Shown here piece after piece: positions 50,879-63,915 of a stretch of DNA of 64,000 nucleotides. A program made the position numbers and the translations under genes. Under the pieces are notes generated by a model. It saw nothing but the letters and a program-made list of their open reading frames with translations. It was not told the DNA's origin and searched no databases. Numbering within the stretch: position 1 is the first letter of the stretch; each line of letters begins with the position of its first letter. The stretch comes from Felis catus (lineage: Eukaryota). The stretch is taken from NCBI RefSeq assembly GCF_018350175.1, contig NC_058368.1, positions 62,498,001-62,562,000 of the forward strand, in the 5' to 3' direction.

Positions 50879-53235
50879 TAAATTGACAGTTCCGATAAGG
50901 TGTAAATCCAACATTCAAAGGCAGACAGTCTGAACAGCATGTATTCTTATACAATTCTAAAAGAAAAACATATAACAACATGCTATCAGGAAAAAAAATG
51001 AGAATTGTATTATATCTAATTTCTTATGAACAATGCCATTTGACCAAGGAAAATAAGGTAATAGCTGCAAAATTGTGAGCATAGGAAATTTGGGATCTAC
51101 AACTATAATTTCATCAAAATATCCACCAAATGTAGTTTTCAGATATACAAAGATTCAGAAAGTTTACTTCTCTTACAATATTGCTCAATGAAAAATTCAC
51201 ATGAGAACACATTCTGGTAGAAAAAAACAAACGAACAAGAGAACATGACATCCAAAAAGTGGTATCTACTGTGGAGTAGAATAAAAATAAAGAATAAAAA
51301 ATAAAAACACTATCATGAGGTTCTGCATGCTAAGAGATTGGTAGTCACCTCTATATCCTAACTAGTATAAAGCTGAACAGATTAAAAAATGAACAACGTT
51401 TCTTAAATCCTTAACAGATAGGAGGAGGAAACAAAACAATCTACTATCCCAAGATTGGAGAGACAGAAAGGTGAAGAAAGTGAGTCGCAGCTTACCGGAG
51501 CAGAGACAGACAGACACATAGGCAAAAACCAAGATAGGAACCAGTGCTGCGGTATGATAACCTGAACTGCAATTGACAAATTGCTGGAGGCTCAGTGTAG
51601 ACAACCCCAAGAATTAAAAACTCAAAGAGGTTCCAGTCATCAAGTGCCCTCACAATTTTATTAGTTTTACCTCCAGAAAGTCTACCAGGTTCCACTGATA
51701 AATATCAGAGGAAAACCCCTTCTTCCTTTCAGCAGTGGGAGAGGAAAAGGAACCATTGTGAAATATATCAGAGCACTCTGTTCTCTTTAACAATACCTAC
51801 CTTCAGGCGAAACTAGTTAACCAGAGCTTAACTGACAAGGGAGAAGGAAGATACCCAACTCTAGCCAGCCTGTGCCATCTGGGGGCAGCCATGAGGTGGG
51901 GTGTGGGAGGGGGAGTGCAAAACTGAGAAACATTTGTGAAGTTCAAAGTCCAAGGTATAGTTTCACCAGAAAACTGATTTAGTAATAGGACTATACAATC
52001 CCTCCCTTATCCCTATACCTCACCACATTACTAAAGGCCTATTTACAACATTTCCTTTTGCAGAGTACATAATTTCTGGCTCTCAAGAAAAAATAATAAA
52101 GCATACCAAAAGGGAAAAAAGCACAATTTGAAGATCCAGAGAAATATCAGGACCAGACATAACAGAGATGTCAGAATTATTGGACAGGAAATTTAAAACA
52201 ATTATGATTAATATGGCAAAGGCTCTAATAGATAAAGTAGACAACATGCAAGAAAAGATGGGCAATATAAGCTGAGATGGAAATTCTAAGAAAGAACCAA
52301 AAAATTCTAGAGCTAAACAACACTGTAATAGTAATGAAGAATGCCTTTGTTGCGCTTATTAGTAGACTGCAAATAGCTTAGGAAAGAATCTCTGCTTTTA
52401 AGAACACCTCATTAGAAACTTCAAAAACTGAAAAGCAAATAGAGCAAAGGCTGAAAAAAAGCACAAATATTGAAAAACTGTTGGACAGCTACAAAAAGAC
52501 ACAACATACATGAAATGAGAATACCAGAAAGATAAGCAAGAGAGAAAGACACAGAAGAAACTTTTGAAACAACAATGACTGAGAATTTCCCCAAATTAAT
52601 CTCAGACACCACCCCACAAATCCAGGAAGCTCAGAGAACATATAGCAGAATAAACGTCTCCCCCAGACAAAAACAAAAACAAAACAAAACAAAAAAACAA
52701 AACAAAAAACCTATACCTAGTAATATTATTTTCACACTAGAAAAAAATCAAAGATTAAAAAAAAAATCCTGAAAGAAGCTGGAGGGTAAAATAAACTAAC
52801 CTATAAAGGAAAGATAAAAATTATATCTGACCTCATAGAATCTGTGAAAGCAAAAAGGAGATTAAATATTTATAGTGTTATTAAACATTTATATTGTTAA
52901 GATAATAAAAAAACGCTGCCAACCCAGAATTCTTTACTCTGCAATAATATCCTTCAAAACGGAAGGAGAAATAAACACTTTCTCAGGAAATCAAAAAATA
53001 TATGGATTTTATTACAAGTACCCTGTTTTGCAGAAATGTTAAAAAGAAGTTCTTTAGAAAGAAAGAAGACTACAGGTTACAAACTCAGATCCACATAAAG
53101 AAAGGAAGGGCCCTGAAGAAGGACAAAATGAAGGTAAAATTAAAACTTTTATTCTTCTGATTCTTAATTTATCTAACAGGTAACACTTTGTTCAAAGTAA
53201 TAATACCAACAATGTATTTATGTAATTAATTGCTT

Positions 53236-53465
53236 TATATATGTATATGTGTGTGTGTGTATGTGTGTGTGTGTATACACATATATATACATGTATAAGA
53301 ATACATGTATATATATGTGTATGGGGACACATACACATATTCTTGTACATGTATTCACATATTCTTATACATGTATATATATGTGTATATATATACACAC
53401 ACGTATATACATATATACACACACATATATACATACACATACATATACGTACATATACATATACG

Positions 53466-53511
<46 letters not shown>

Positions 53512-53518
53512 CACACAC
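53236..53518. repeat. Compound (TG)/(TA)/(CA)/(TATACA)n microsatellite
   Basis: Mostly alternating purine-pyrimidine tract of ~280 bp. Confidence 0.93.
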
Positions 53519-53639
53519 TTATGTATGCTTAACACATGAGTAAAATGAATGACAACAATGATATGAAGGACAGGAGAGAGGATGAGGATTATTTTGTTAT
53601 TATAAGGTACTCACACTATGCATGAAGTAGCGTAGTGTT

Positions 53640-53811
53640 TTGTTTCATTTTTTTGGTTTTTTGTTTTATTTTTGGGTTTTGGTGGTTTTTTGAGAAAGAG
53701 AAAGAGAGAGAGAGAATCCCAATGCAGGACTCAATCCCATGACCCTTGTATCATGACCTGAGCCAAAATCAAGACTCGGACACTCAATGAACTGAGCCAC
53801 CCAGGCACCCC
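53640..53811 (-). mobile_element. Can-SINE, internally deleted
   Basis: TSD agtag(c/t)gtagtgtt (53626-53639 / 53812-53825). Confidence 0.93.
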
Positions 53812-54813
53812 AGTAGTGTAGTGTTATTTGAAAATGGACTTGTATTAATTTCAAATGTATATTACAAACTCTAAATCAACAACTAAAAAAAGTAAACAAA
53901 TTATAACCAATAACTTAAGAAAGTAGAGAAATGGAATCATATAAAATGCCCAAGTAAAACTCTTAAAGGCAGTGGAAGACAAAAATAGGAATAAAAACCA
54001 AAGGCAACAAATATAAAACAGTATCAAATATGTTAGATATTATTAAGCAATATCAGCAATGTTTTGTCAATGATATAAATGCATCAATTAAAAAAAGAAA
54101 TGATCAGAATGGATTAAAAAACACAATATAACTATACATTGCCTATAAGAAGTCCATTTTAAATATAAAGACATAGATTAAATGGATAGAGAAAAATACA
54201 CTATGCTAACACTAATTGAAACTCGCAGGAATAACTATATTAATTTCAAACAGAGAAGACTTCAAAGCAAGGAAAGTTATCATGGATAAAGAACGTAATT
54301 ATATAATGATAATTCCCAAGAATTCATACAATCCTTAAAGTGTATACATGTAACAACAGACAGTCAAACCACGTGAGGCAAATTAATAGAAATGTGAAAA
54401 GAAACAGAAAAATCCACTGTTACACTTGGAGCTTACAACAACCCTTTATCTAATGGATGGATTCAACAAAGAGAAAATGAGTAAGGACAGATTAATTCAA
54501 CAACACCATCAACTGGCTATAATCAACATCTATAAGCTACTTCATTCAACAGCACAATATGCATTCTTTTCAAACCTACAAGGAAAATTTGCCAAGACAG
54601 ACAACATTATGGGCCATAAAAACCCTCCTTAACCAGTTTTTAAAAATAGATATCATACAATGTCTGCTCTCTAACCACATGGATTTAAACCAGAAATCAG
54701 TTACAGAAAGATAAATGGAAAAATCCCTAAATAAATGGAGATTAAAAAAAAAGTTTTATATAACACATAGGTCAAAGAATAAATCTCAAGAGAAATTAAA
54801 ACATTTTAAACTA

Positions 54814-55017
54814 GGGGCACCTGGGTGGCGCAGTCGGTTAGGCGTCCGACTTCAGCCAGGTCACGATCTCGCGGTCTGTGAGTTCGAGCCCCGCGTCAGG
54901 CTCTGGGCTGATGGCTCGGAGCCTGGAGCCTGTTTCCGTATTCTGTGTCTCCCTCTCTCTCTGCCCCTCCCCCGTTCATGCTCTGTCTCTCTCTGTCCCC
55001 CAAAAAATAAATAAACG
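54814..55017 (+). mobile_element. Young feline SINEC_Fc-type SINE
   Basis: TSD ttaaaacattttaaacta (54796-54813 / 55018-55035). Confidence 0.97.
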
Positions 55018-55143
55018 TTAAAACATTTTAAACTAAATGAAAATTAAAACACAAGTTATCAATATTTCTGAGATGCAATGAAAACAGTGCATAGAAGTAA
55101 ATTTATGGTATTGAATACTTATATTAGAAAAGAAGAAAGACTT

Positions 55144-55367
55144 GGGGCGCCTGGGTGGCTCAGTCGGTTGAGTGTCCGACTTCAGCTCAGGTCACGATCT
55201 CGCAGTCCGTGAGTTCGAGCCCCGCATTGGGCTCTGGGCTGATGGCCCAGAGCCTGGAGCCTGCTTCCGATTCTGTGTCTCCCTCTCTCTCTGCTCCTCC
55301 CCCGTTCATGCTCTGTCTCTCTCTGTCTCAAAAATAAATAAACGTTAAAAAAAATTTAAAAAACAAA
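55144..55367 (+). mobile_element. Young feline SINE
   Basis: TSD agaaaagaagaaagac (55126-55141 / 55368-55383). Confidence 0.97.
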
Positions 55368-55649
55368 AGAAAAGAAGAAAGACCTAAAATCAGTCATCTG
55401 AGTTGCCACCTAGGGAAACTATAAAAAGAACAAATGAAATCCAAAGTAAGCAGAAGAAATAATAATTACAGTAGAAATCAATGAAATTTAAAGATGAAAG
55501 CAACAGAGAAATTCAATGAAATCAATAGCTGATTCTTTGAAACGATCAATAAATTAGATAAGCCTTTAGCCAGGCTAACTAAGAAAAAAAGAGAGAGGAC
55601 ATGAATTACTAACAGCATACAAGGTCAATATAAAAAAGTCAATCACTTT

Positions 55650-55863
55650 TTTTTTTTTTTAGTTTTTTTAACACTTATTTTTGAGAGACAGAGTGAGACA
55701 CAGCACAAGTGGGGGAGGGGTTGAGGTGACATCGAATCCAAAGCAGACTCCAGGCTCCAAGCTGTCAGCACAGAACCTGATGTGGGGCTCGAACCCACGG
55801 ACCATGAGATCATGACCTGAGCCAAAGTCAGATGCCCAACCAACTGAGACACCCAGGTGCCCC
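55650..55863 (-). mobile_element. Can-SINE
   Basis: TSD gtcaat(c/t)acttt (55638-55649 / 55865-55876). Confidence 0.95.
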
Positions 55864-56553
55864 TGTCAATTACTTTCGTATATGAGCAATGAACAAGTGG
55901 AATGTTAAATGTTAAAACACATCACCATTTACATTACCAACAAAAAATAACAATTACGCATAAATTTAACAATAGGTACAAGATCTATATAAGGAAAACT
56001 GTACGATTCTGATGAATGAAATCAATGAACTAAATAAAGTGATATTCCATGTTCATGGATAAGAGGACGCAATATTGTCAAGATGGCAATTTTTCCCAAA
56101 TTGCCAATGCAATCTCAATAAAAATCCCAGCAAAGTTATTTTTACAAATATAAATAACAGTATTCTAAAGTTTACATAGAAGGGCAAAAGGATCAATATG
56201 GCCAATGCAATATTGAAGGAGAAGAACAAAGTTAGAGGCCTGAAACTACCTGAATTCAAGACTTAAAATATAAAGCTACAGTAATCAAGGCAATGTTGTA
56301 TTGGTGAAAGAACAAATAGATCAATGAAACACAACTGGCAGACCAGAAATAGACCCACAGAAATATAGTCAACTGATCTTTGACAAAGGAGTGAAGGAAA
56401 TACAATGAGGCAAAGATAGTCTTTTCAACAAATGGTGCTGAAACAACTGGATATCCACATGTGGAAAAAAAACAAAAAAAGAATCTAGACATAGGCTTTA
56501 TATCCTTTATAAGAATTAGCACAAAACGCATCTCAGATTTAAATGTAAAATGA

Positions 56554-56778
56554 GGGGCGCCTGGGTGGCGCAGTCGGTTAAGCGTCCGACTTCAGCCAGG
56601 TCACGATCTCGCGGTCCCTGAGTTCGAGCCCCGCGTCGGGCTCTGGGCTGATGGCTCAGAGCCTGGAGCCTGTTTCCGATTCTGTGTCTCCCTCTCTCTC
56701 TGCCCCTCCCCCGTTCATGCTCTGTCTCTCTCTGTCCCCCAAAAAATAAATAAACGTTGAAAAAAATTAAAAAAAAAA
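56554..56778 (+). mobile_element. Young feline SINEC_Fc-type SINE
   Basis: TSD taaatgtaaaatga (56540-56553 / 56779-56792); CpGs intact. Confidence 0.97.
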
Positions 56779-57549
56779 TAAATGTAAAATGAAAAATTCC
56801 TAGATGATAACATAGGAGAAAACCTACATGACCTTGAGGATGATGATGGCTAAAGATACAACATTGAAGACATAATTTATGAAAGCAATAATAGATAAGT
56901 TGGACTTCATTAAAAATAAAAACTACTCTACGTGAAAGACTATGTCAAAAGGAAAAGATAAGTCACAGACTGGGAGAAAAATACACATATGATGTTATAG
57001 GAATGTTATCCAAACTTTTAAGGAACTTTTAAGAACTCAATAAGAAAACAAACAACTTGATAAAAATGGGCCAAAGCCCTTAACAGAAATTTCACTGAAA
57101 AGATGGCAAATAATCATAGGAAAAGATGTTCCATATCACAGGTCATCAGAGAAATGCAAATTAAAACAGTAATTATATAGCCACCGTACACCCACCAACA
57201 CAGGGAACACTGACAACACCAAATGCAAGAATGAAAAGCAAAAACAAAGCAAAACAAAACAAAAAAACAAAAACAAAAAAAACAAAAAAATTTCATTCAC
57301 TGTTATTTGGAATGCAAAATGATGCAGCACTTTGAAAGACAGTTGGAAGTTTCCAAACATACTTTAAACTCGTACTCAAAGTTTAGTCTTTAAAAATCAT
57401 TGATTTCACTACTATACTGAAAATGTTTTTGTGTGGTGCATATTTTAACTTTTATAATTGTGATACTAATGTAAAAGCCTCTTTTATTCCCAAAACCAAA
57501 TGTGACCCAATTTGTAGATGCTAAGAACTGGGAAGTTTCAACCAGACAA

Positions 57550-57759
57550 GTTTATTTATTTATTTTTTTAAGTTTATTTATTTACTTTTAGAGAGAAAGC
57601 ACAAGTCAGGGAGGGGCAGAGAGAAAGAGAGAGAGAGAATTCCATACAGGCTCCACACTATCAGTGTGGAGCCAGATGTGAGGCTCTAACCCACAAACCG
57701 TGAGATCAAGACCTAAACCGAAGTCAGATGCTTACCCGACTGAGCCACCCTGGCACTCC
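57550..57759 (-). mobile_element. Can-SINE
   Basis: TSD tcaaccagacaa (57538-57549 / 57760-57771). Confidence 0.95.
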
Positions 57760-58448
57760 TCAACCAGACAATTTTAGATGGCAATTAGTGGATAGAAAGC
57801 ACAATAACTATAATACTCAGGTGTGACTGTCTACTAGGAGATGGTGCCAAACAGTGGTAGTATTTTAGGAGGAGTCCAAAGGATGTAGACAAAAGGGAGT
57901 TGCACAGGTAATAGGCCATAGACATCTTAGAAATAAATTCATGACACTGTCTTACTTTCTTCATGTGAGGAGAATAAAGAGTTTCATACTTAAAAAAATT
58001 TACATTAGGCAACAAAATAAATGGATATACTATATTGATATACTCTTATGAAGTCAGGGACACTGTATTTTTTCACCTTGTAGTGATAAAAAAACTCTGC
58101 CTAATTCAATGTTATATACTTTATCTGTGAATGAATGAATATATAAGTGAGATAATAAGGGTCAATTATTTTAGAAATCTACTCTCTTCATTCTGATCAA
58201 TAGTCCTTCCAGTTAAATTAAGCAGGTCTGCAATTAAGAATAGACAAATAAAAGAAATAATTCACTAATTTTCATATATATGAAATAATATGAGATAATG
58301 TTAAATGAATTTAAAATGTTAATAATTTTGGAATGTACATAGTTTGTTACTAAAAATATATCAGAACTTTACATATAATTTAAAATTCATGATTAATGAT
58401 AAGAAGCTTTCATTTATTGGGAAAAAGACTAAAACCTATAGAACTTTT

Positions 58449-58658
58449 GGGGTCCCTGGCTGGCTCAGTCGCTTAAGCTTCTGACTCTTGGTTTCCACTC
58501 AGGTGATGATCTTGCAGTTTGTGGTATCAAGCCCTGCACAGGGCTCTATGCTGGCAGTGCAGAGCCTACTTGGGATTCCCTCTCTCTCTGCTCCTTTTCC
58601 CGCTCATGTTGTCTCTGTCTCTCTCAACATAAATAAACTCAAAAAAAATTTTTTTAAG
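58449..58658 (+). mobile_element. Can-SINE
   Basis: TSD ctatagaacttt (58436-58447 / 58659-58670). Confidence 0.95.
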
Positions 58659-58941
58659 CTATAGAACTTTATATCAGTAAAGTTAATCTGACAGCGCAGT
58701 TATAATTCTATAAGGTGAAGAGACTTTCAAAGCAATTAATTAATGTACATATCCCTTTAAATTGCCTTGTTAAAAGTGAACTAAATAAATGAAATCATAA
58801 AGAAATTTACAATTAAGCCAAAATAACCTTATGGAATGTTATCAATAATGTATGATTAATTTTTGCTTTGTAAATTTAAAACATTGACCATATATAGTTG
58901 CATTAAATCTGAAATTTTAACATAATGCTATCGAAATGTAC

Positions 58942-59136
58942 TTTATTTTATTTTATTAACGTTTATTCATTTTTGTGAGATGGAGAAAGACAGAGCATGA
59001 GTAGGGGAGGGGCAGTGTGACAGGGAGACACAGAATCCAAAGCAGGCTCCAGGCTCTGAGCTGTCAGCACCAAGCCCGATGCGGGTTCAAACCCACAGAC
59101 CACAAGATCATGACCTGAGCTGAAGTCAGACGCTTA
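58942..59136 (-). mobile_element. Can-SINE lacking its 5' head, fused to L1
   Basis: Stops at 'cagacgctta' without the usual 'accgactgagccacccaggcgcccc'. Confidence 0.92.
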
Positions 59137-59364
59137 TGGCCTTTATTATATGAAGATGTTCCCTCTAAACCCACTTTGTTGAGAGTTTTTATGATAAACT
59201 TTGTCAAATGCTTTTTCTGCATTTATTGAGATAATTATATGATTTTTATCCTTGTTGATGTGGTATATCATATTGATTGATTTGCAAGTATTGAACCACT
59301 CGTGCATCCAAGAATAAAATCCCACTTGATCATGGTGAATGATTCTTTTAATGTACTTTTGAAT
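59135..59364 (-). mobile_element. Inverted L1 ORF2 (RT) segment
   Basis: Minus strand encodes [16 protein letters not shown] and AEKAFDK-like sequence. Confidence 0.9.
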
Positions 59365-59909
59365 GCAAATGGTATATCCAATGAAGAGTTAATATCCAAA
59401 TATATAAAGAACTTATACAGCTCACACCAAAACAACAAATAATCCAATTAAAAAATGGGCAGAAGACCTGAATATACATTTTTCTAAAGAAGACATACAA
59501 ATGGCCAACAGACATATGAAAAGGACGCTCAACATCACTAATCATCAGGGAAATGCAAACAACACCACAATGAGATATTGTCTCACCCTTGTAAGAATGG
59601 CTAAAATAAAAAACACAAGAAATAAAAAGTGTTGGAGAGTATGTGGAGAAAAGGGAATCCTTGTGCACTGTTGGTAGAAAAGTAAATTGATACAGCCACT
59701 GTGGAGGAATAATGTAGAGGTTCCTCAAAAAACTAAAAATAGAACTATCCTATGGTCCAGCAATCACACTACTGGCTATTTACCCAAAGAACACAAAAAC
59801 ACTAATTTAAAGGGATACATGCATCCTTATGTTTATTGCAGCATTTTTTACAATCACCAATATATGGAAGCAAACTAAATATCCACTGAAAGACAAATGG
59901 ATAGATGTG

Positions 59910-59961
<52 letters not shown>

Positions 59962-60009
59962 TAATATATATATATATATAATATATATATAATATATATA
60001 TATATATTA

Positions 60010-60048
<39 letters not shown>

Positions 60049-60207
60049 TTAATTATATAATAATTATTATAATTAATATATAATTATATAATTATAATTA
60101 TATTATTATAATTATATAATTATATATTATATTATATATTATATTAATATTATATTATATTATATTATATTATTATATATTATATATTATATATATATTA
60201 TATATAT

Positions 60208-60239
<32 letters not shown>

Positions 60240-60483
60240 ATATTATATATATATTATATATATTATATATTATAATATATTATATTATATATATTATATA
60301 TATTATATATATATATATATATATTATATTATAATTATATTAAATATTATATATTATATATAATATAATATATAATATTATATAATATAATATAATTATA
60401 ATATATATAATATATTATATAATATATATATATTATATATATTATAAATATATATATTATAATAATATTATTATATTATATAT

Positions 60484-60514
<31 letters not shown>

Positions 60515-61424
60515 TATATTAATATAAATTATATATATAATATAATTATATATATTATAATATATTATTATATATATATATATTATATATAATATAATAT
60601 ATATATATAATATATAATATATATATTATATAATATAATATAATATAATATAATATTATATATTATATATATTATATTATATATATATATATATATAATA
60701 TATATATATAATATATTATATATTATATTATATTATATTATATTATATTATATTATTATTATTATATTATATTATATTATATTATATTATATTATATATA
60801 TTATATTATATTATATTATATAATATATATAATATAATATATATATATTATATTATATTATATATTATATTATTATAATTATATAATTTAATAATTATAT
60901 AATATATAATAATTATATATATATATAATATATATATATATAATGGAATGTTATACAGACAGAAAAAAGGAGGCGATTTTGCCATTCGCCATAATATAGG
61001 TGGACCTAGGAGGATTATACTAAAGTGAAATAAGTCAGACTGAGAAAGACAAATACCATATGACTACACTTATATGTGGAATCTAAAAAACAAAACAAAT
61101 GAATAAACAAACGAAAAATAGAATTAGAGAATAATTACAGAAAACAAACTGATGGTTCCAGGGAAGGATGGAGAAGCTTGGGGGGAATGGGCCAAATGGG
61201 TGAAGGGAGAGGGAGATACAGGCTTTCCAGTTATGGAATAAGTAAGTCATGGGAATAAAAGGCACACTATAGAGAATACTATCAATGATACTGTAATAAC
61301 ATTATATGCTGACAGATGGCAACTACTCTTGTGGTGAGCATAGCATAGTATAGAGAGAAGTTGAATCTTCCTGTTGCACACCTGAAGCAAATATAAGATT
61401 GTGAATCTATACTCAAATAAAAAA
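59364..61424 (+). mobile_element. Carnivore L1 3' portion (ORF2 C-terminus and 3' UTR)
   Basis: 'gcaaatggtatatcc...atatccaaatatataaagaactt', 'gtgaaataagtcagactgagaaagacaaatacc', 'gttgcacacctgaagc'. Confidence 0.92.
59919..60944. repeat. ~1,026-bp pure A/T degenerate (TA)n/(TATAT)n tract
   Basis: No C or G seen between 59919 and 60944. Confidence 0.97.
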
Positions 61425-61634
61425 TTTAATTTAATGTTTTTATTTATTTTTGAGAGAGAAACAGAGACAGAGCACAAGTGGGGGAGGGGCAGATATACAG
61501 AGCAACACATAATCTGAATATACATAATCTGGGCTGTCAACACAGAGCCCAACGTGGGGCTCAAAACCCACTGACCATGATCATGACCTGAATTGAATTT
61601 GGACGCTTAAACCAACTGAGCCACCCAGGAGCCA
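61425..61634 (-). mobile_element. Can-SINE inserted antisense in the L1 poly-A tail
   Basis: Ends 'gagccacccaggagcc'; flanked by caaat plus A-runs. Confidence 0.9.
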
Positions 61635-63018
61635 CAAATTAGAAAAAAAAAATTTTTTAAGATTTTAAAATGTTTTTCCTATACTATACAGGTTAGAAAG
61701 AATAAGTCTTAATACAAATGGGACATCGCAGAGACTTTGCTTTTTAGGAAATTTATACCCAAGTTTAGACTCTTTCTGTTCTCATCCTAGTTTAACCTCA
61801 TTTTCAAAAATAACAATTAGCAAAAAATCAAAATTAAGAAATTCAAACTAAACACACAAATGTTTACCTCAATATTAAGTTATTATTATTGTTACTTTCA
61901 TAAAGGATATTTTTGAGATGGTTATCTAAATTTTATTGTAAATCTCACTTTTGCTTTTTTTCTGAAAAAAATGTCAAATGATTATTTCTCTACATTTTTA
62001 AAAGTAGCACTAATGCCTTCAATTAATCATTTTCCCCAAACAGAAACAAAATGACATACTTCCTGGATCTTTACCAATATGCCTACATAACTAATTAGTA
62101 ATTTTTCTGTTTACTTATCAAAATCAATTCATTATGTTTCAACATTATAAATAATAATTAAGAAGTCTTATAAAATCTCATATTTATGACAGATTGAAAC
62201 TTCATACTTCCCTGTATTTGAATAAGCACAAACATTGGAAGTAATATTTCAATTTCAGTCTTATTTTCTGTTGAGGCTTTTCACTCTTTTTGTCTCCATT
62301 TTTATAGTAGCTCTAATTCTTTTCAAATTTGCTCTTATTCTAAGTATATTTTCTGTTGAAAGCCATTTCATTTTTAAGAGACCATTTCAAAACGACAGAA
62401 AAGGTAATCAGATAGATGATGTATATGTATATCCATTTCCTTCAGTTACTGGCTTGAGGAAAACCAGTACTTAAGTTTCTCCTTAGCCTATCCTCCAGTG
62501 TTGAAAGCCATTGACACTCCAAAATACCATCTACGATATGACCATTTCATATTTGCCTCATAGGATGGACTGTAGTAGAGGGATATATTCAATATTTCAT
62601 AGTGTCATCATATGTGCTGTTGATCAATACCTCTAAACCTAAATTCACTCACTAAAGAAATAGTCAACCTTATATTCATAAAGAGTGTATTCCCAAATAA
62701 TTTAACATTGGTGACTAATTGATTTTATTTATAGAATCAAAACATACCTTTTGATCTGATTGGTTAATTCCTAAAAATATAAGAAATGACCATATCCAAA
62801 GAAAACATATCCTAAAATTAAGAGAACAAGTATTTCATTGATCTCTTTCTACTTGCACTCTCACTATTCTGTTTTAATAATTCAGTCTGATCCATGCCCG
62901 TACTGAGGCAAATAACAACAGTATTTGCCACTTTCCAGAAACAGGGATGCTTTTTTTCAAGAGTCTGTATATCTTTTACATTAGTTGTCTTTCTCTTCTA
63001 CTGTTAAACCAGACCTAA

Positions 63019-63377
63019 TGTTATAAACTGAAATGTGTTACCTCAAAACCTTTTATAAGTTGAAATCCTACCCCTCCATGTTATACTATTTGGAGGTAGA
63101 GTCTTTGGGATAATAATTGATCATGAGGGTGGAGCCCTCCTGAATGGGATCCTTATAAGAAGAGATGTGAGAGTTTGCTCTTTCTCTCTGCTCTCCACCA
63201 TGTGAGATTACAAGGAAAAGAAGGCCATCTGTCAACCAGGAAAGTAGGTCCTCATCAGACATTGGATCTGCAGGCACGTTGATCTCGGACTTCTGAGCTT
63301 CCAGAACTGAGTAATAAATGCTTGTTGTTTAAGTTACCTAGTTTGTGGTAATTTGTTACAGCACCCAAACTAAAACA
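63019..63377 (+). mobile_element. MLT1A-like solo LTR
   Basis: TG...CA ends; 'tcatgagggtggagccctc', 'aataaatgcttgttgtttaag'; 5-bp TSD cctaa / cctag. Confidence 0.9.
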
Positions 63378-63446
63378 CCTAGTTATCAAACCTAGGTTAA
63401 ATATATTTCAGGGAACCCGGGTGGCTCAGTCAGTTAAGCACCAATT

Positions 63447-63915
63447 CTTTTTTTTTGTTTTGTTTTGTTTTGTTTTTAAAATTTTTTTTTCAACGTTTAT
63501 TTATTTTTGGGACAGAGAGAGACAGAGCATGAACGGGGGAGGGGCAGAGACAGAGAGGGAGACACAGAATCGGAAAACAGGCTCCAGGCTCCGAGCCATC
63601 AGCCCAGAGCCTGACGCGGGGCTCGAACTCACGGAGCGCGAGATCGTGACCTGGCTGAAGTCGGACGCTTAACCGACTGCGCCACCCAGGCGCCCCTGTT
63701 TTGTTTTGTTTTGTTTTTTATGTCTATATATTTATTTCTTAGAAAGAGAGAGAGAGAGAGAGGGCAGAGAGAGAGGGAGTCAGAAAACCCCATGCAGGCT
63801 CTGGGCTGTCAGCACAGAGCCTGTATATGGGGCTTGAACTCATGAACCCTGAGATCATGACCTTGGCTGAAATCAAGAGCCAGATGTTCAACCAACTGAG
63901 CCACCCAGGAGCCCC
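63447..63915 (-). mobile_element. Middle Can-SINE nested in the outer SINE
   Basis: Body 63720-63915 ends 'gagccacccaggagcccc'; taagca duplicated at 63435 / 63916. Confidence 0.9.
63478..63696 (-). mobile_element. Inner young SINEC_Fc-type SINE nested in the tail of the middle SINE
   Basis: CpG-rich; duplicated tgttttgttttgttttgttttt (63456-63477 / 63697-63718). Confidence 0.96.

Larger units (their letters stand above)
51330..57362 (+). mobile_element. Ancient near-full-length L1 (L1M/L1MC-like) with RT core deleted and five nested SINEs
   Basis: 5' UTR, ORF1 remnant 'MTENFPKLISDTTPQIQEAQRT', long inter-ORF region, EN region from ~54030, C-terminal ORF2 to ~57360. Confidence 0.88.

Noticed and set aside
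53192..53543. His/Tyr/Ile-rich ORFs
   Set aside because: Artifacts of a dinucleotide microsatellite.
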